Shown in pieces: positions 13,680 through 25,385 of a stretch of 64,000 nt of DNA. A program made the position numbers and the translations under genes. The notes beneath the pieces are model-generated. The model searched no databases, was not told where the DNA came from, and was given only the letters and a program-made list of their open reading frames with translations. Position 1 is the stretch's first letter. Each line of letters starts with the position of its first letter. Location of the stretch: contig JAUGWO010000020.1 in assembly GCA_049724395.1 (NCBI GenBank), positions 1 through 64,000 of the forward strand, read 5' to 3'. The DNA is from Spongospora subterranea f. sp. subterranea (taxonomy: Eukaryota).

Positions 13680-14601
13680 TCGATACTTGTTGGCCCTCAT
13701 GGACCGACCGGCCCCACATCAGAAGAATGCACTCTTTCTGCTGTTGTAACTCGGTATCTGATAAGGTGGCGTTCCTGGGCGGGTCCATCACTTCCGTCCT
13801 TGACCGATTAGCCATGATGAACCTCTCTGTCGTTGACATGGTCAATATCGCCGCCGCCGCTGCGATATCGGCTGGCGTTGCCTTACTCGTCGACACGTCG
13901 TCTTTACAGATCGACGCTCCAGCCAGGGATTTGTCGATTGTTGTAAGGCGACAGTTCTTACTGACGTGGTTCAGAATCTTCTTCAGGTCCTGGACCGCTT
14001 TACGCCTTCCACAGTTGCAATCGTAGAACTGCAGGTTGCGGTTGTTTTTCCAGACTCGAATTCTATTGAAGGGCGCGTCGGTCGGATGGTAAAGATGGGA
14101 GAAGCTCAGCTCAGATATGTTGGCCGATCGCTTTCGAGCTCGTGGGTTGTTGGCCCGATCTGAATGCATCTTGCGATACGATGGCCGCTGCGATTCCGGC
14201 ATGGGAAGCCGACTGGCTGCCACTAATTGTGGCGATATGGCGACCGGTTGAGGAATTAGCGCAGCCGTTGCCAAACGTCTGGCCGACGAGGCGTTCGACG
14301 ACGTCTCCATGAATCGGAAATAAAAATGTTTCGACGAAGTTTGTGGCGTGGCATCGCTGCTGCCACTTGATGTGATCGATGAAAACGACGATGTTTTGTC
14401 AGTGTTAAGATGGGCGAATCGATTCGACTGATGAAATTCCGACAAGCGTGGAACAACCGTTTTGGGAATATGGTCATGATCGACGGGGAGTGATGAGCGA
14501 GGAAGAGCCGTTGGCGCCTGAACAGGACAGGTGGAAGGGGACGGGATGGACGGCAGATTAGGGCGCAACAGGACCTTGGGATAATCGGGGTGAGAGCCCA
14601 T
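13680..14601 (-). CDS. Hypothetical Ser/Pro-rich protein with a small Cys/His cluster (possible Zn-binding regulator); 3' end uncertain
   Basis: Long ORF from ATG at 14601, low-complexity N-terminus, basic RARKRS, and YDCNCGRRKAVQDLKKILNHVSKNC. Confidence 0.5.
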
Positions 14602-14977
14602 TCGCTGTCAGTATCGGAACCTGGCCAAAAATCGTGACAAATTTAGGGCATGCGCCACCTACCTGCTGGCAGAGGATCAGGGGTCAATTGCGTCTTTGAC
14701 GGTTTCCTGTGAGATTGCTGGCGCAAAGAGCGAATGGCATGGATGAGTAAAACCTGATCATTATAGGGATGACGATCATCCTTTGGGTACTTCGGGACCC
14801 TCATTCGCCAAACCCCCAATCTCTCTCTCTCTGTACAGGATTTCCGTCGTATAAAACTGACTCAGACGGTCGTTGACTGATCTACGAACGTTCACGGACG
14901 AGGAATATCCCAACGATTGGTCAATGATTAGGGTACGGTCGTCCGTTTTTTATGATAGTCTCATGTGTGCGAGAGAT

Positions 14978-15523
14978 TCAGTACATTTCGTCGTGATGCG
15001 GATTTCGTTGTGGTTGCGGGGCGGATGAGCCGCCGATCGGTACGATCACTGTACTCGATGGGCGCGCATCGTCGTCGGTCCACCATTCACCGGACGGTGC
15101 CGTTCTCGTCGTCAACCTGTTGATCTCGCCCATACGATATCGGGTCGCGACCAGGTTCGGAATCAGGTCGAACCAGAGCGTGAACGACGACAGCAGAACG
15201 ATCCATCTGGCGACGACGTTGCCCTGCGTCCAGTACGCCGACCGGTGTAGCTCCATGACGTTGAGTATGGTCAGGACCAGCACGATCGTGATGCCGAACC
15301 ACAGGACGACGCGCCCCACGACCAGATAACGGGGCAGCGACTCCGATCGCGACGATGCGACGACGATCAGCAGTCCGGCCACGATCGAGACCAGGGGCAG
15401 TACGATCCAGACATCGCTGCCGAAGAGGCGCAGGCCCCCAGCCTGGGAATATGACGCCAGATGGATCCAACCAACGATCAGGAATATTGACAATAAACAT
15501 TCGATAAACGTGGTCCACACCAT
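14978..15523 (-). CDS. Hypothetical membrane protein with about 4 TM helices; may have an upstream exon near 15611-15814
   Basis: Four hydrophobic segments followed by a polar C-terminal tail. Confidence 0.6.
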   Translation of the reverse strand: MVWTTFIECLLSIFLIVGWIHLASYSQAGGLRLFGSDVWIVLPLVSIVAGLLIVVASSRSESLPRYLVVGRVVLWFGITIVLVLTILNVMELHRSAYWTQGNVVARWIVLLSSFTLWFDLIPNLVATRYRMGEINRLTTRTAPSGEWWTDDDARPSSTVIVPIGGSSAPQPQRNPHHDEMY

Positions 15524-15940
15524 GATCGAATGGAATGTCGATCTGCAAATTGGAACGACGATTCAGTGGGGGAATTGACGGCGGACGGTTGAGCGACGAA
15601 CCGGTCTGATTCAATCCCAGATTGTTGGTTGTCGAAGTCGCCGGCCCAGGAGGAGCGACGCGATTCGCTCTGCAACCTGGTCATATTCACGGAAGGGCGA
15701 GAGAGCTGGTTTGAATCTGAAACGAGCGCTCGGTCCCTGCCACGATTGGAATAACAAACAGCTGGACGGATGGAGTGTGAGCCCGAGTGCGAGACAAATA
15801 CCGATCGGAATCACGATGGACTAGTGACTCATTCCCCAAACAGTCATCAAACAGGTTGGTCAACGAGCGATTATTGACAAAGTCAGTAGAGGTAAACTGA
15901 ACTTAAATTTTGCTAATTGTAATGATTTATGTTTGTGCCT

Positions 15941-16594
15941 TTATCTATATCGGGTCGTTGGTCTTGCTAAAGTAGCCAGTTTGGCTGATGAGGACGGTGG
16001 GATCGGTGTGAGGGCCTTAGCAACCCGGTCCTGGTCTCGCTGTCGGTATTGCAGCCGGTCCAGGCATGATCGCGCCATCTCCATCGTGATCTGTGGCAAT
16101 GGCGCCGCCAGGCGGCTCATCTCCCCTTCGATGGCGTCATTCACCAGATCGATGCGGCCGTTGATCACCCCTTCCTCACGCCTTATAGCCCGTCTCAACT
16201 CCATCAACGCCTCTTGGTTTCCCTCCAGGGCCAATCTACATGATTCCGGGCGATACTTTCTCCTGGCGGAAGATGACGATCGCGTCGTGCGCTCCCGCAG
16301 TAAAAACGAGATCACAGGATCGTCTTTATCGACGTCTTCTCCAATCGAAATAACTTTCGATATTTGGTCGAGCACCATCCGCAATCCAACAGTATTATGC
16401 AGGGAGTGGATCTGGTGATGGGTTTGGCGAATGTCGTCCAGAATCGTGATCAGCGAGTGGAGCTCCCGTTCCGCAATCTCAATGGAGTCGACCAGATCGC
16501 ATCCGATCGCTCCCAATAGGTGGTGGGCGTCGCGCTCCGATAGGCCTTGTGTCATATCGGTTAATATGGTGTCGCTCATTAAGGTCTGTACCAT
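15941..16594 (-). CDS. Hypothetical alpha-helical/coiled-coil protein
   Basis: Open frame of about 217 codons from MVQTLMS with amphipathic helical composition. Confidence 0.5.
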   Translation of the reverse strand: MVQTLMSDTILTDMTQGLSERDAHHLLGAIGCDLVDSIEIAERELHSLITILDDIRQTHHQIHSLHNTVGLRMVLDQISKVISIGEDVDKDDPVISFLLRERTTRSSSSARRKYRPESCRLALEGNQEALMELRRAIRREEGVINGRIDLVNDAIEGEMSRLAAPLPQITMEMARSCLDRLQYRQRDQDRVAKALTPIPPSSSAKLATLARPTTRYR

Positions 16595-16648
16595 GATATC
16601 GATCTGATCCTTGTCGTGATGGGTGGGAACGTATGGTCGGCGCCGTCG

Positions 16649-17212
16649 ATGCCGCTGATCCCGGGATCGGCCAGCGGAACGGCCCAAAGGCACATCATGC
16701 TGAACGGGCTCGATTTCGGCAATACAGACGAGATCCCCGCTGATATTCAGGAGCACGATGCTGAAGATTCCGATTACGACGACGACGGCGGGATGCAGCA
16801 GGACCCAATCGATATTGGAACGGAATATGACTTGGACGATGGCGATAAACGCTCCGATATGATGGTCGTTTCGCAGAAGAACGACATGATCCATGCCGAT
16901 ATTGTGATCAGGGCGACAAGAGCGTATATTCATAGGAAAGTGATGAGGAGCGCCATTGGGTTCATTCCACTAACGGAGCTGATGTGTTTACGGCCTGTGC
17001 CCATGGCGCAAGATGATGCCGATAAACCGATCGCCCCCGGATCGCCCGGTGCTTTACGACGGGTTCGACGGCCGCGATCTCGACAGAAGAGCAGTTTAAG
17101 CACTCGATTACAATGGCAAAGTCGGACTAGTTTTGAAATACAGGATCAGGCTGGAGAAAAGGCAGTTGTTAGCAGAGCATTCAATGTTAATGCTGACGCT
17201 GAACTAAAATAA
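16649..17212 (+). CDS. Hypothetical protein with acidic N-terminus and basic C-terminus
   Basis: Open frame with a D/E-rich tract followed by RRVRRPRSRQK. Confidence 0.4.
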   Translation: MPLIPGSASGTAQRHIMLNGLDFGNTDEIPADIQEHDAEDSDYDDDGGMQQDPIDIGTEYDLDDGDKRSDMMVVSQKNDMIHADIVIRATRAYIHRKVMRSAIGFIPLTELMCLRPVPMAQDDADKPIAPGSPGALRRVRRPRSRQKSSLSTRLQWQSRTSFEIQDQAGEKAVVSRAFNVNADAELK

Positions 17213-17313
17213 AGAATGATAACTTTAAAAGATTAGGGTTCAGTTATATTGAGGTTAATGGGATATTTGAAAGGGTTTGATCTAACGTCGATAGGTTGTA
17301 AGCCTGATGAGCG

Positions 17314-19894
17314 ATGGGAGATGATGCCTATCAAGCCCAGGAGCGTTTGTCGCCACGAGGGAGATTCGACGACGGTGCGGGGGACCGTGACCGTGACTGT
17401 GTCCGCCAACTGTACATTATGACTACACACCCCAGAGTCTGGGTTTCGACTGGGGCGCAGCCCTGTACGGTACAGAGGAGAAGAGAGCGCATCCCTGCCC
17501 CTGTCTCCTGGATTGATCATGTTGATCGTTACCCGACCACCTTCATTTACTAACCTGTAATTGTGGAACACCATGTCGTTTTTGATTAAGAACGGCTGCT
17601 GAGGGGCTGGACCAACCTAATGCAGTTTAGGTCCAGATAAGAATCGAACAATCCTGATGGGGTCCATGCAGTCCGATCGGCGTGGGGATGCGCATTCCAG
17701 CAATGCTGACTTTGTGGACCCGTTTGAGCAGAACGACGATGCCGGCTCTGACATTCTCGAGCAGGCGATTCACGGGAAAATGCCATCGAACAGTTTTCAT
17801 AGATTCAAAACCAAGAAAACGACCAAACCAAAGTTCACCCCGATCCCCAGTAAACGTCCGAAAACTACAGATCTCTCCTTCAGTCTGCCACCGGCATCAC
17901 TCCGCGAGCATTCTTTCAAAAAGCAACATAGCACTCCTGTCGTGGGTTCATCTCAAACACAGAAAGACAGCACGGCACTATTTAGTCGTGCGTTTGGAAT
18001 TCCGCCTATGCGGTTCGATAAAATTCCCAAACTTTCTGACAACGAGGCGCCGTTTTCTCAGCGGACTCACGAGTGCGATCGGCAGGAATTTGGGCGAGGG
18101 AAGGTCGCCGAAGAATATCTCTCGCTAGATAACCGAACACCGAAAGCACGCAGCCTCTCTCTTGTCGAGCAACCGGGTTATACTCTAGATCAGATGCCAA
18201 GGCGAACCAGTGCGGTCACCACATTTGCTCAAAATTCAGAAACTTGGAAGGTCAAATCCAGTTTTTCCACTTCAACTAATACCCCGCGAAAAAGGGAGAC
18301 ATCCACATTTTTCAGCAACAAAACTCCAGTTCAATCGTCAACTGAATCGCCACCAAAACCAAAACTCGTAAATCCTGCTCCGGTCAAGACCTCGATATCC
18401 GCAGCCAAGCCAGTGAAACGGGTGCCCCGAAAAGGGGCTTCGTTGGATGATCCGGTTGAGATTAGCGATGACGAAACGGAAGAGCACGACCCTTGGGGCG
18501 TGATTCGCGATCGGATTCGTGTTGGTCAAATCTGGCTCGGGGACTGCTGTTTGGTTGGTCACGGCCCCTCCGAATTTGTGTTTGACACGTTGAAGTGGAA
18601 AAATAAGAACATTATCGTTAAGGTTTGTAATCTGGTATGAATTCGATTTTGTTGTAATTATTTGAGACGATGTTTTTGGTCAGTTTACTCCATATATATG
18701 TGAGCAAGTCCCTCATGGACATATTATACGCTCTGTGCTTTATGTTAAAGGTTCCGGTCGAGGCTCGACGTTCCTGTCACTCCTCATTGACGAACAGCAT
18801 TCGTTTGGCGCCTGGTCTCGTCATTACACATCTCTCAGCGACCAGGCAGGACCTGTTTGGATTACTGTGTTCGTGGGTGATGGTCCTTATATATCGGAAT
18901 TGTCAAAACTCGCGGCGGAGCTTCCGAACTTTGAACAGTTAATTGATCCTGAGCTTCACATCCAAAACGTCCGCCCTGTCAAAGATGTTTCTCCTTGTTC
19001 TGCGAGCCGCCTTGATTCTGTATCTAAGGATCGTCGCATGGAAGTCAAAGATTCTGAAATCCTTAAGTATCCCCCGGATGGCAAATATTCCGTTAGAATC
19101 TCAAACGGGGACATCGAGTCATTAGATCCAGGCGAGTTTCTCAATGATACCATTATCGACTTTAAACTTGCTGAGATCCGACATCGTCACAATAATCCCA
19201 GATTCCACGTTTTTACTTCGTTTTTTTATAAGAGGTTTGTGACTTCGAAACAATCGTACGATAGCGTCAAACGATGGGCGGATAAAGAGGACTTGTTTTC
19301 CAAAGATTACTGGCTGATACCCATCAATGAAATGCTGCACTGGACGTTGGCTGTCGTCTGCAATCCCAACTCAAGCGATTCAAGTGCAGAACCAGTTATG
19401 CTTTACTTCGATTCTCTCGGTCTCTCAGGAGCAAGGGCTTTTGGTGTAATCAAGAAGTAAGTTCATGCAAGTCTTGTTTATGCATGTTTTTCAAATGTTT
19501 GCTCAGTTATGTGGCCGCTGCACTGTCGTCTGGTCGACGTCGCCTCAAATGTCACGATTCCATACTAACCATCGAGAAAAATTTCAAGTTTCTTGACGTG
19601 GATGTTCCTCGCCAGAGCAATTCATTTGATTGCGGGATATATCTTCTGCTTTTCGCTGATTTGTTCATGAGCGAACCTCCTAATTTATCTAGTCCGCACA
19701 TGCCCAATTGGTTTGGGCGAAGCCTTGCCGACGCTCATAGAGCTGTGGTCCGAGGAGACATTCTCAAGCTGTCCTATGAACAAGACGATGCACATCCAGG
19801 ACCTATTTGCACAGAATATTGTCCCGAAACCCCACCTGCTTCCGTTTTGAGCGCAGCTGACAATTCAGCTGAAATAAGTATAGATCCAGATTAG
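17314..19894 (+). CDS. SUMO/sentrin-specific cysteine protease (Peptidase C48, Ulp2/SENP6-like), multi-exon; start either 17314 or 17657
   Basis: LDPGEFLNDTIIDF, FTSFFYKRF, catalytic HWTL, YFDSL, VPRQSNSFDCGIYLL; SIM-like PVEISDDE in a disordered N-terminus. Confidence 0.9.
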
Positions 19895-20249
19895 TTAGAA
19901 TATATAATTTATTGTCCGAAGTTGAATAGGTTTATGTGGTTCTCGATGGGTCTTTGCTCTCCTCTATAGAATCTATTTGATTGCCTGAGTATTGGTAAGC
20001 TTCCACCTGAGGATCATCATTATCCCCAATTGTTTGATGTGCCGCTACCAGTGGAGGTGGAAGGAAAGGCAAGGCCCTTAAAAACACTGGATCGGCCAAT
20101 TCACTCTAAATTAGCACTCAGCATTGTTTTGGACAAGTACTATATGATTTCGGGGAGTTTACCGTTGGAGGTAAACCAGATCGGCGTAGGGGCTGGGGCG
20201 ACTCAACCTACATACTTTTCATGAACTCACATCATTCGAAACCCACATT

Positions 20250-20471
20250 TTAGAGCTGTACTTTATCCTGGCTAGCTCTGGGAGGCAGCAAAGTTTCCCA
20301 AGGATCTTCTAAAAAGGAGGGCCTGAAGAACGGCCTCCCTGAACCACGAAATCCTTGCCCAGCACGTCCCCGATTATTCGACCTGCCTCGGCCTCTACTG
20401 TGGTATGGTGAAGGTCTACCGTTGGCGCCACGCGCCGGCCTCGCTCGCCAGGGTTGGGCGCTAAATTCCAT
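20250..20471 (-). CDS. MPLKIP/TTDN1-like small protein
   Basis: Gly/Arg/Pro-rich body ending in FFRPSFLEDPWETL, resembling the family signature (YFKPSMLEDPW). Start may lie upstream at 20558. Confidence 0.6.
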   Translation of the reverse strand: MEFSAQPWRARPARGANGRPSPYHSRGRGRSNNRGRAGQGFRGSGRPFFRPSFLEDPWETLLPPRASQDKVQL

Positions 20472-21014
20472 CGCTTTGAGCAAAGACCGGGGCGAAAATG
20501 GGGATTTTTTCACAGCAGAACCGAACATTACAGACAATCGCCGTCGGACTTGAGACATGGGCTGCAGTCTCTGGGTTGCGCTGCAGGCGACGAAAATTCG
20601 AAAATCGGGCTTTAATCAGTCGAACATTAGTGTATATCATCATAACAATGGTCTTATTTAAACGTATTAATGAGCTTCCAGATTTTTTTATTGATTTCGA
20701 TGAAAACATTTTTGCAAAACGCGGATTTTTAAAACCTAAGTGAATCCTCAACATATTTATGAAGTGTTGGATTACCAGCTGAGGTTTTTCTAATCTGTGA
20801 GCGAAACCAACGATGTCATTACCTATTTCTACTAATCTCTGAAATTTCACGGTTCAATCCACCTTGTTCAACGTAATTTCCAGTTCGTATTCCTATTTGC
20901 CTGACCCTGTTTAAAAGTCGTATAATTAATATTTAATTTCAAACAAATAATACTAGTAAAAAATACTCTATCAGTTTGATGCGAGGTGTAGCACATTCAG
21001 CAAATATGCGAAAA

Positions 21015-21875
21015 TCATGTCCCGCACCAATCAAATAGAACAAAAGTGCCCGGGGGGGGCAACACCTCAAGAGCGGGAATTCTGTGTTCATGTAGGACAC
21101 CGAAACAAACAAATTGCCCCTTGCGTCTGCGATAATCCTCGAAACCCAGTGGAAAAAGAGAGAAAAAATTTTTCCTGGCTGAGAGAAGATTTACTATTGT
21201 CTTGTCCGGCACACGCCTTAAACCTTGCTGGAATGTACGAATGGCAACACCGCTAATGGGCATGGTCATTGTCCATTTGGATGATGACTTGCCGGCGCCT
21301 TTCTGTATTTGTGGAGCCAAAACGCCGCCAAAAACCATATTTTCAAACCAACATCCTGCCTCCCCTTGAAACCTAACAATGCACTCTGAATTAAAAGCTG
21401 TTGAGCAGCAAACGCCCATGAAGAAAATAATGTTGTACCCATCAGGAGACCTTTTGTGGCCGGTCCACCCTATTATGATATGAGCAAGTTGATGAAGAAT
21501 AGTAGCTACCAGCAAGAATTGGATTCTCGGATTCTCTTCACTGTTTTGCGGTAGAAGGTGCAACCTGAGACTGTATATGAATTACGCGGCAATGAATTGG
21601 GAAAATACTTTGAACCTTTGCTTAAAAATTTCATTGAGGTATATAGTTTTGGCCGATTGCTCACGCTGGTCTATCCACCCGTACAGCTGCGAGTCTGATT
21701 GCGACCAGAGGATATCGACGGTATCCATATGGGTCGAAAAGTCCTGCAAAGCGGCCAAGTCGTTCGTGCAAGCAATGACTTCAGGCAAAGACAGAAACCG
21801 ATTCGCGACGGTGACAGCCTCTTCTAGGGTGCTGTCTCCATGGGCTGATTCCGCCAGGAACTGTAACCTTGCCAT
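21015..21875 (-). CDS. Hypothetical zincin-like protein with HQxxH in place of HExxH; about 3 exons
   Basis: IYLNE, LLVATILHQLAH, and downstream GEAGCWFENMVFGG; GT-AG introns join the ORF pieces. Confidence 0.55.
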
Positions 21876-21945
21876 TTCAAATACAAAATCGGTTCAGTAC
21901 CATGAATTCATTTAGCTTGATTCATGGGCCGCACTTTGTATTGAG

Positions 21946-22033
21946 AGCGGATTGGTGTGAACAGTGAATTCAGTGGCTTATTCACTGATAATCGGCGCCG
22001 GTTAATTCAGCCAGTGAATTCACACACTCCGCT
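21946..22033. repeat. Short imperfect hairpin
   Basis: agcgga..gtgtga..gtgaattcagtggct pairs with agccagtgaattcacacactccgct; centre taatcggcgccggtta. Confidence 0.65.
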
Positions 22034-22039
22034 AATTTC

Positions 22040-22330
22040 TGCCATCACTCAATGGGCATCTGGTTCATCCAAACAGGAAGTACAAAACCAATTGAGAACT
22101 GACAGCGCAAAGCTTCAAGAATGGTGCACTGCGAACCGTATTGAAAATTCAATGGATGAAAACACACTTGTTGTTCAACGAACACGCATAGACAGACCAA
22201 ATAACTGTCAACCAGCAAAAACTCAAAACACCAGACACAATTAGTTATTTAGGGGCAACTCTGATAGCAAACGAGACCAGCGAATTACTGCAAAAACTGA
22301 AAAAGCTTAGCTTTGTCACAAGCGACACCA
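22040..22330 (+). mobile_element. Non-LTR retrotransposon (LINE) reverse transcriptase C-terminal remnant
   Basis: QWASGSSKQEVQNQLRTDSAKLQEWCTANRI, then after a frameshift ITVNQQKLKTPDTISYLGATL; matches the LQ..L..WC..N..KT..YLG pattern that follows YADD. Confidence 0.7.
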
Positions 22331-22521
22331 CCAACAGACATTCACAACATCTGATAACTAGAGAGGCTGAATCAATCCAACCTTCAATTCAACACGTATT
22401 GCATGTTTGCATCTCTCAATGTCCGCCCTGGTCTTAATTTTTGTTCACCTTTTCACCTCCAGAGTCTCCCATTACGTATTGTATTTGACTGCAAACGATT
22501 GACAACGCTGAGCTTGTGTAG

Positions 22522-22735
22522 ATGGTTGCACAAGTTGATGGTGGAATGGCTATGTTCAACGCCGATCCGAAAAAACCTATTGGCGGCAATATCATGGCGC
22601 ACGCGTCTGTCACCCGTTTATCGCTGCGGAAAGGTCGAGGGAACTCGCGCGACTGTAAGATCTACGCCTTCTCTTCCAGAGTCTGAAGCCGTGTTCTGTA
22701 TTGCCCAACACGGTATCTGTGATGACGCTGAATAA
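22522..22735 (+). pseudogene. RAD51: Orphan RAD51 last-exon fragment with a frameshift
   Basis: After an acceptor (tgtgtag): [48 protein letters not shown], then frameshift to [22 protein letters not shown]. Confidence 0.9.
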
Positions 22736-23070
22736 CGATTGTCTACTGTTCATTAATATAAAAGTCATTTTTTCAAACGTGATTCAACGTCGCATTGTCG
22801 ACTATCACAGAAACATCTTGATTGGACTTACGTTGATCCAATACCACCATTATGTGCCTAATAGCAACGTCGACATTTCCGGCAACATTGGAAAAAAAGA
22901 CACTGAACAAACAAACAAAAAAGCAATGCTACAAAAACATGAAAGATAAGGATCACCGAATAATGCTCTAACAACAATGCCTCAACAAAACAGAAAAGAC
23001 AACTGAAAATAACACAATTTATTTTGCGCGACTTAATGTCAAAGCGAAACAAGTAAAGAATAACAGAAAT

Positions 23071-23290
23071 TTGATTATAGCACAATGGAACGCATGTTCA
23101 TTAAGCGAGGAGAAGGCAACCGAACTGGCATACTTTGCGAATCAACACCTAAAAGATGTAATCTGTGTTTCAGAGCTGATACATCGACGTAATATTCATG
23201 GATTTCCACACTACGAGTGTGATGATCGATACACACAATCAGAAATATTTTGGCGAGAACACCTCAAAATAGGGATATTTCGCGACCGGT
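23071..23290 (+). mobile_element. LINE AP-endonuclease N-terminal remnant
   Basis: IIAQWNACSLSEEKATELAYFANQHLKDVICVSEL matches the WN..SL..K..EL..D.IC.(Q/S)E motif of LINE APE domains. Confidence 0.75.
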
Positions 23291-23414
23291 CCGTGGACAC
23301 CCCAAATTGGTCGATGGACACCCCTGGTGAATCACACCATTATACATTACCAGACGCCTTTATTCAGAAACAGTACTAACAATTGTTCGGCAATCACTTA
23401 CAGCGACACCGCCC

Positions 23415-23638
23415 CTATTGGTGTTGAGTCTATCGAACTACATGATCGGCGATTGTGACCAGAGCCGCCACATAAACCAAAGGTACGATGGCGTGGTTGG
23501 GCGGACGGCGACGAGACTTGGGAACCTATAAAAAAAATGTTGGAAGACGTACCAGCTATGACAGAGCGGTGGCTGAAGGCTGCGAAAACGAGAACCGCGC
23601 GAAGGATTTTGCGGCGATTCGTGAATACCTCGATTTGA
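23415..23638 (+). mobile_element. Chromodomain remnant, probably the C-terminus of a chromoviral Ty3/Gypsy integrase
   Basis: GVESIELHDRRL*PEPPHKPKVRWRGWADGDETWEPIKKMLEDVP, with an in-frame stop and no ATG (absent from the ORF track). Confidence 0.7.
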
Positions 23639-23800
23639 AGGCGATCGGAGAATTGAGTAAAGCACTTTGCATTTGAGCTGCTACCGGAAGGTTAACTCGA
23701 GTGTAGTTGTCGAGCGATTAAGCCGAAGTCGCTACAAACAGCTCCGGTTCCATATAAAAGGTATGGCTAGTCGGTCAGCACGGTCGATCCACTGCAACTC

Positions 23801-24013
23801 TCGGCCGCTTCTGGACAGCAATACGCGTATCAAATGTACAAGTACCTCTAGAATGAACTGTCCATGGTGCAGTAATTCAAGCCAATAATGACCTTACCAA
23901 ATGGTCGCTGAACTTGATCTGCGATGAACATAACCACCAGCAGGCCATGGACAGTTCATTCTGGTGGTATACTTGTGCATTTAATACGCGTATTGCTGTC
24001 CAGAAGCGGCCGA
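23801..24013. repeat. Inverted repeat; arms 23801-23867 and 23945-24013
   Basis: Outer 30 bp perfect (tcggccgcttctggacagcaatacgcgtat / atacgcgtattgctgtccagaagcggccga); inner agaatgaactgtccatgg / ccatggacagttcattct. Confidence 0.95.
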
Positions 24014-24135
24014 TTTGAATAACGGGTACTACTAAATTGATTACAACTGACATTATGAAAACTAGGACTAACGATATATGTAAATGCTTGACTAAAATAT
24101 CAAACTCTTGGTGAGGTGAATGAATTACAAGTGAT

Positions 24136-24910
24136 TTAACTCGCTGCCTGATGAACTAACTTGTCATCACTCAATACTACATCACGATCGCGAGCGATGA
24201 AACCTATTTCTTCATGATAGATGCCAACCAATGGCTGATTACATAAATTATGAGGCAGAACAACTAAAACCGTTCCATCTTCTTGCTTTGAAATAGTTCC
24301 ATGTAAGTTTAAACTTGCGTGAAGTCTTAGCTTGTTTAGATATCGTAACTGCTTCTGTGTGAAACGAGCACGGAGCTGTTTGGATGTTCGTGATGCATCT
24401 CGTAATGTTTCATTTTTTGATTTTATGGCTGCAAAAACATAAAATATCGGCACATCATCTCGCGATAGGGGAACTACAAGACAAAGAAGAGTTATATGAA
24501 GATATAGAAAAATAAAACCTCATTCTTACATTCATATTCGACAAACACTTCTTCAGCGACATTGTCACAAATAAGAAGAGAATCGACTCGGGCTGTTTTT
24601 GATTTGTAATCAACATGCTCCGTGCGCGATGGAGCGCCTATAACAGAAAAATTTGAAAAATATGAATCAAAAATTTTACCAGGTCTAGGCAGTTTTGCCT
24701 CCAACCCAGTCAGACGCCTCGAATTCTCGGAGACCAATCCGCCATACATCAAAATTAGCTCCTTGTCCCCAACATCCTTCGCCTGTTTCAGATTGTCCTT
24801 CGCCGTCTTCAGCTTCTCCTTCACCTCACCAAGCTCATTCTTCAATCATCCAACGACGACATCACGAATATAAGAATGAGGAAATCTCCGTTACTCGCAA
24901 CTTCTTCCAT
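24136..24910 (-). CDS. Hypothetical protein with an N-terminal coiled coil, multi-exon
   Basis: ELGEVKEKLKTAKDNLKQAKD and downstream open segments separated by AT-rich GT-AG introns. Confidence 0.4.
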
Positions 24911-25385
24911 CACCTCAAAATCCACCTGTATTAAAAACTTTTTTGGAAGCGTTGGGCCCTGTTTGATTGCTCAGATCATCACAACCAGCGCCCCGGAAAA
25001 AACAAACCTCAACGCAAACGGAATTGATTACGCTGCATCATATATTGATTGCGATAAAGATCTTGTGAAAAGAGTGCATTTTATTCGCTTCGTTGATCTG
25101 GAAAATCACGCCTAGTAACCCGAGTTTAGTATGTGATGTCGTTATAAGTTGTCCCAGCTGCTATTTAAGCCATGCTTTTCTTGTCACTGAACCCAATTGT
25201 TGCCAACATGAAAGGCAACCAACAGTCAGCCAGTCCAGCTTGATGATTTGCGTTTGGTAAACGTTGTTCGACTAAAAAGCTGACAAGATGGTCGAAGTGA
25301 TTTACCGGATATTTTCGAACTCCGGGGTGGAGACTGGAAAGGCAGCTTTTTGTCACAAGCAGCTCCGGAGTGATCACACCACGTG

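Noticed and set aside
13252..13680. C-terminal third of the 449-aa ORF
   Set aside because: Composition shifts to AT-rich, intron- or relic-like sequence; probably a chance open frame beyond the true exon.
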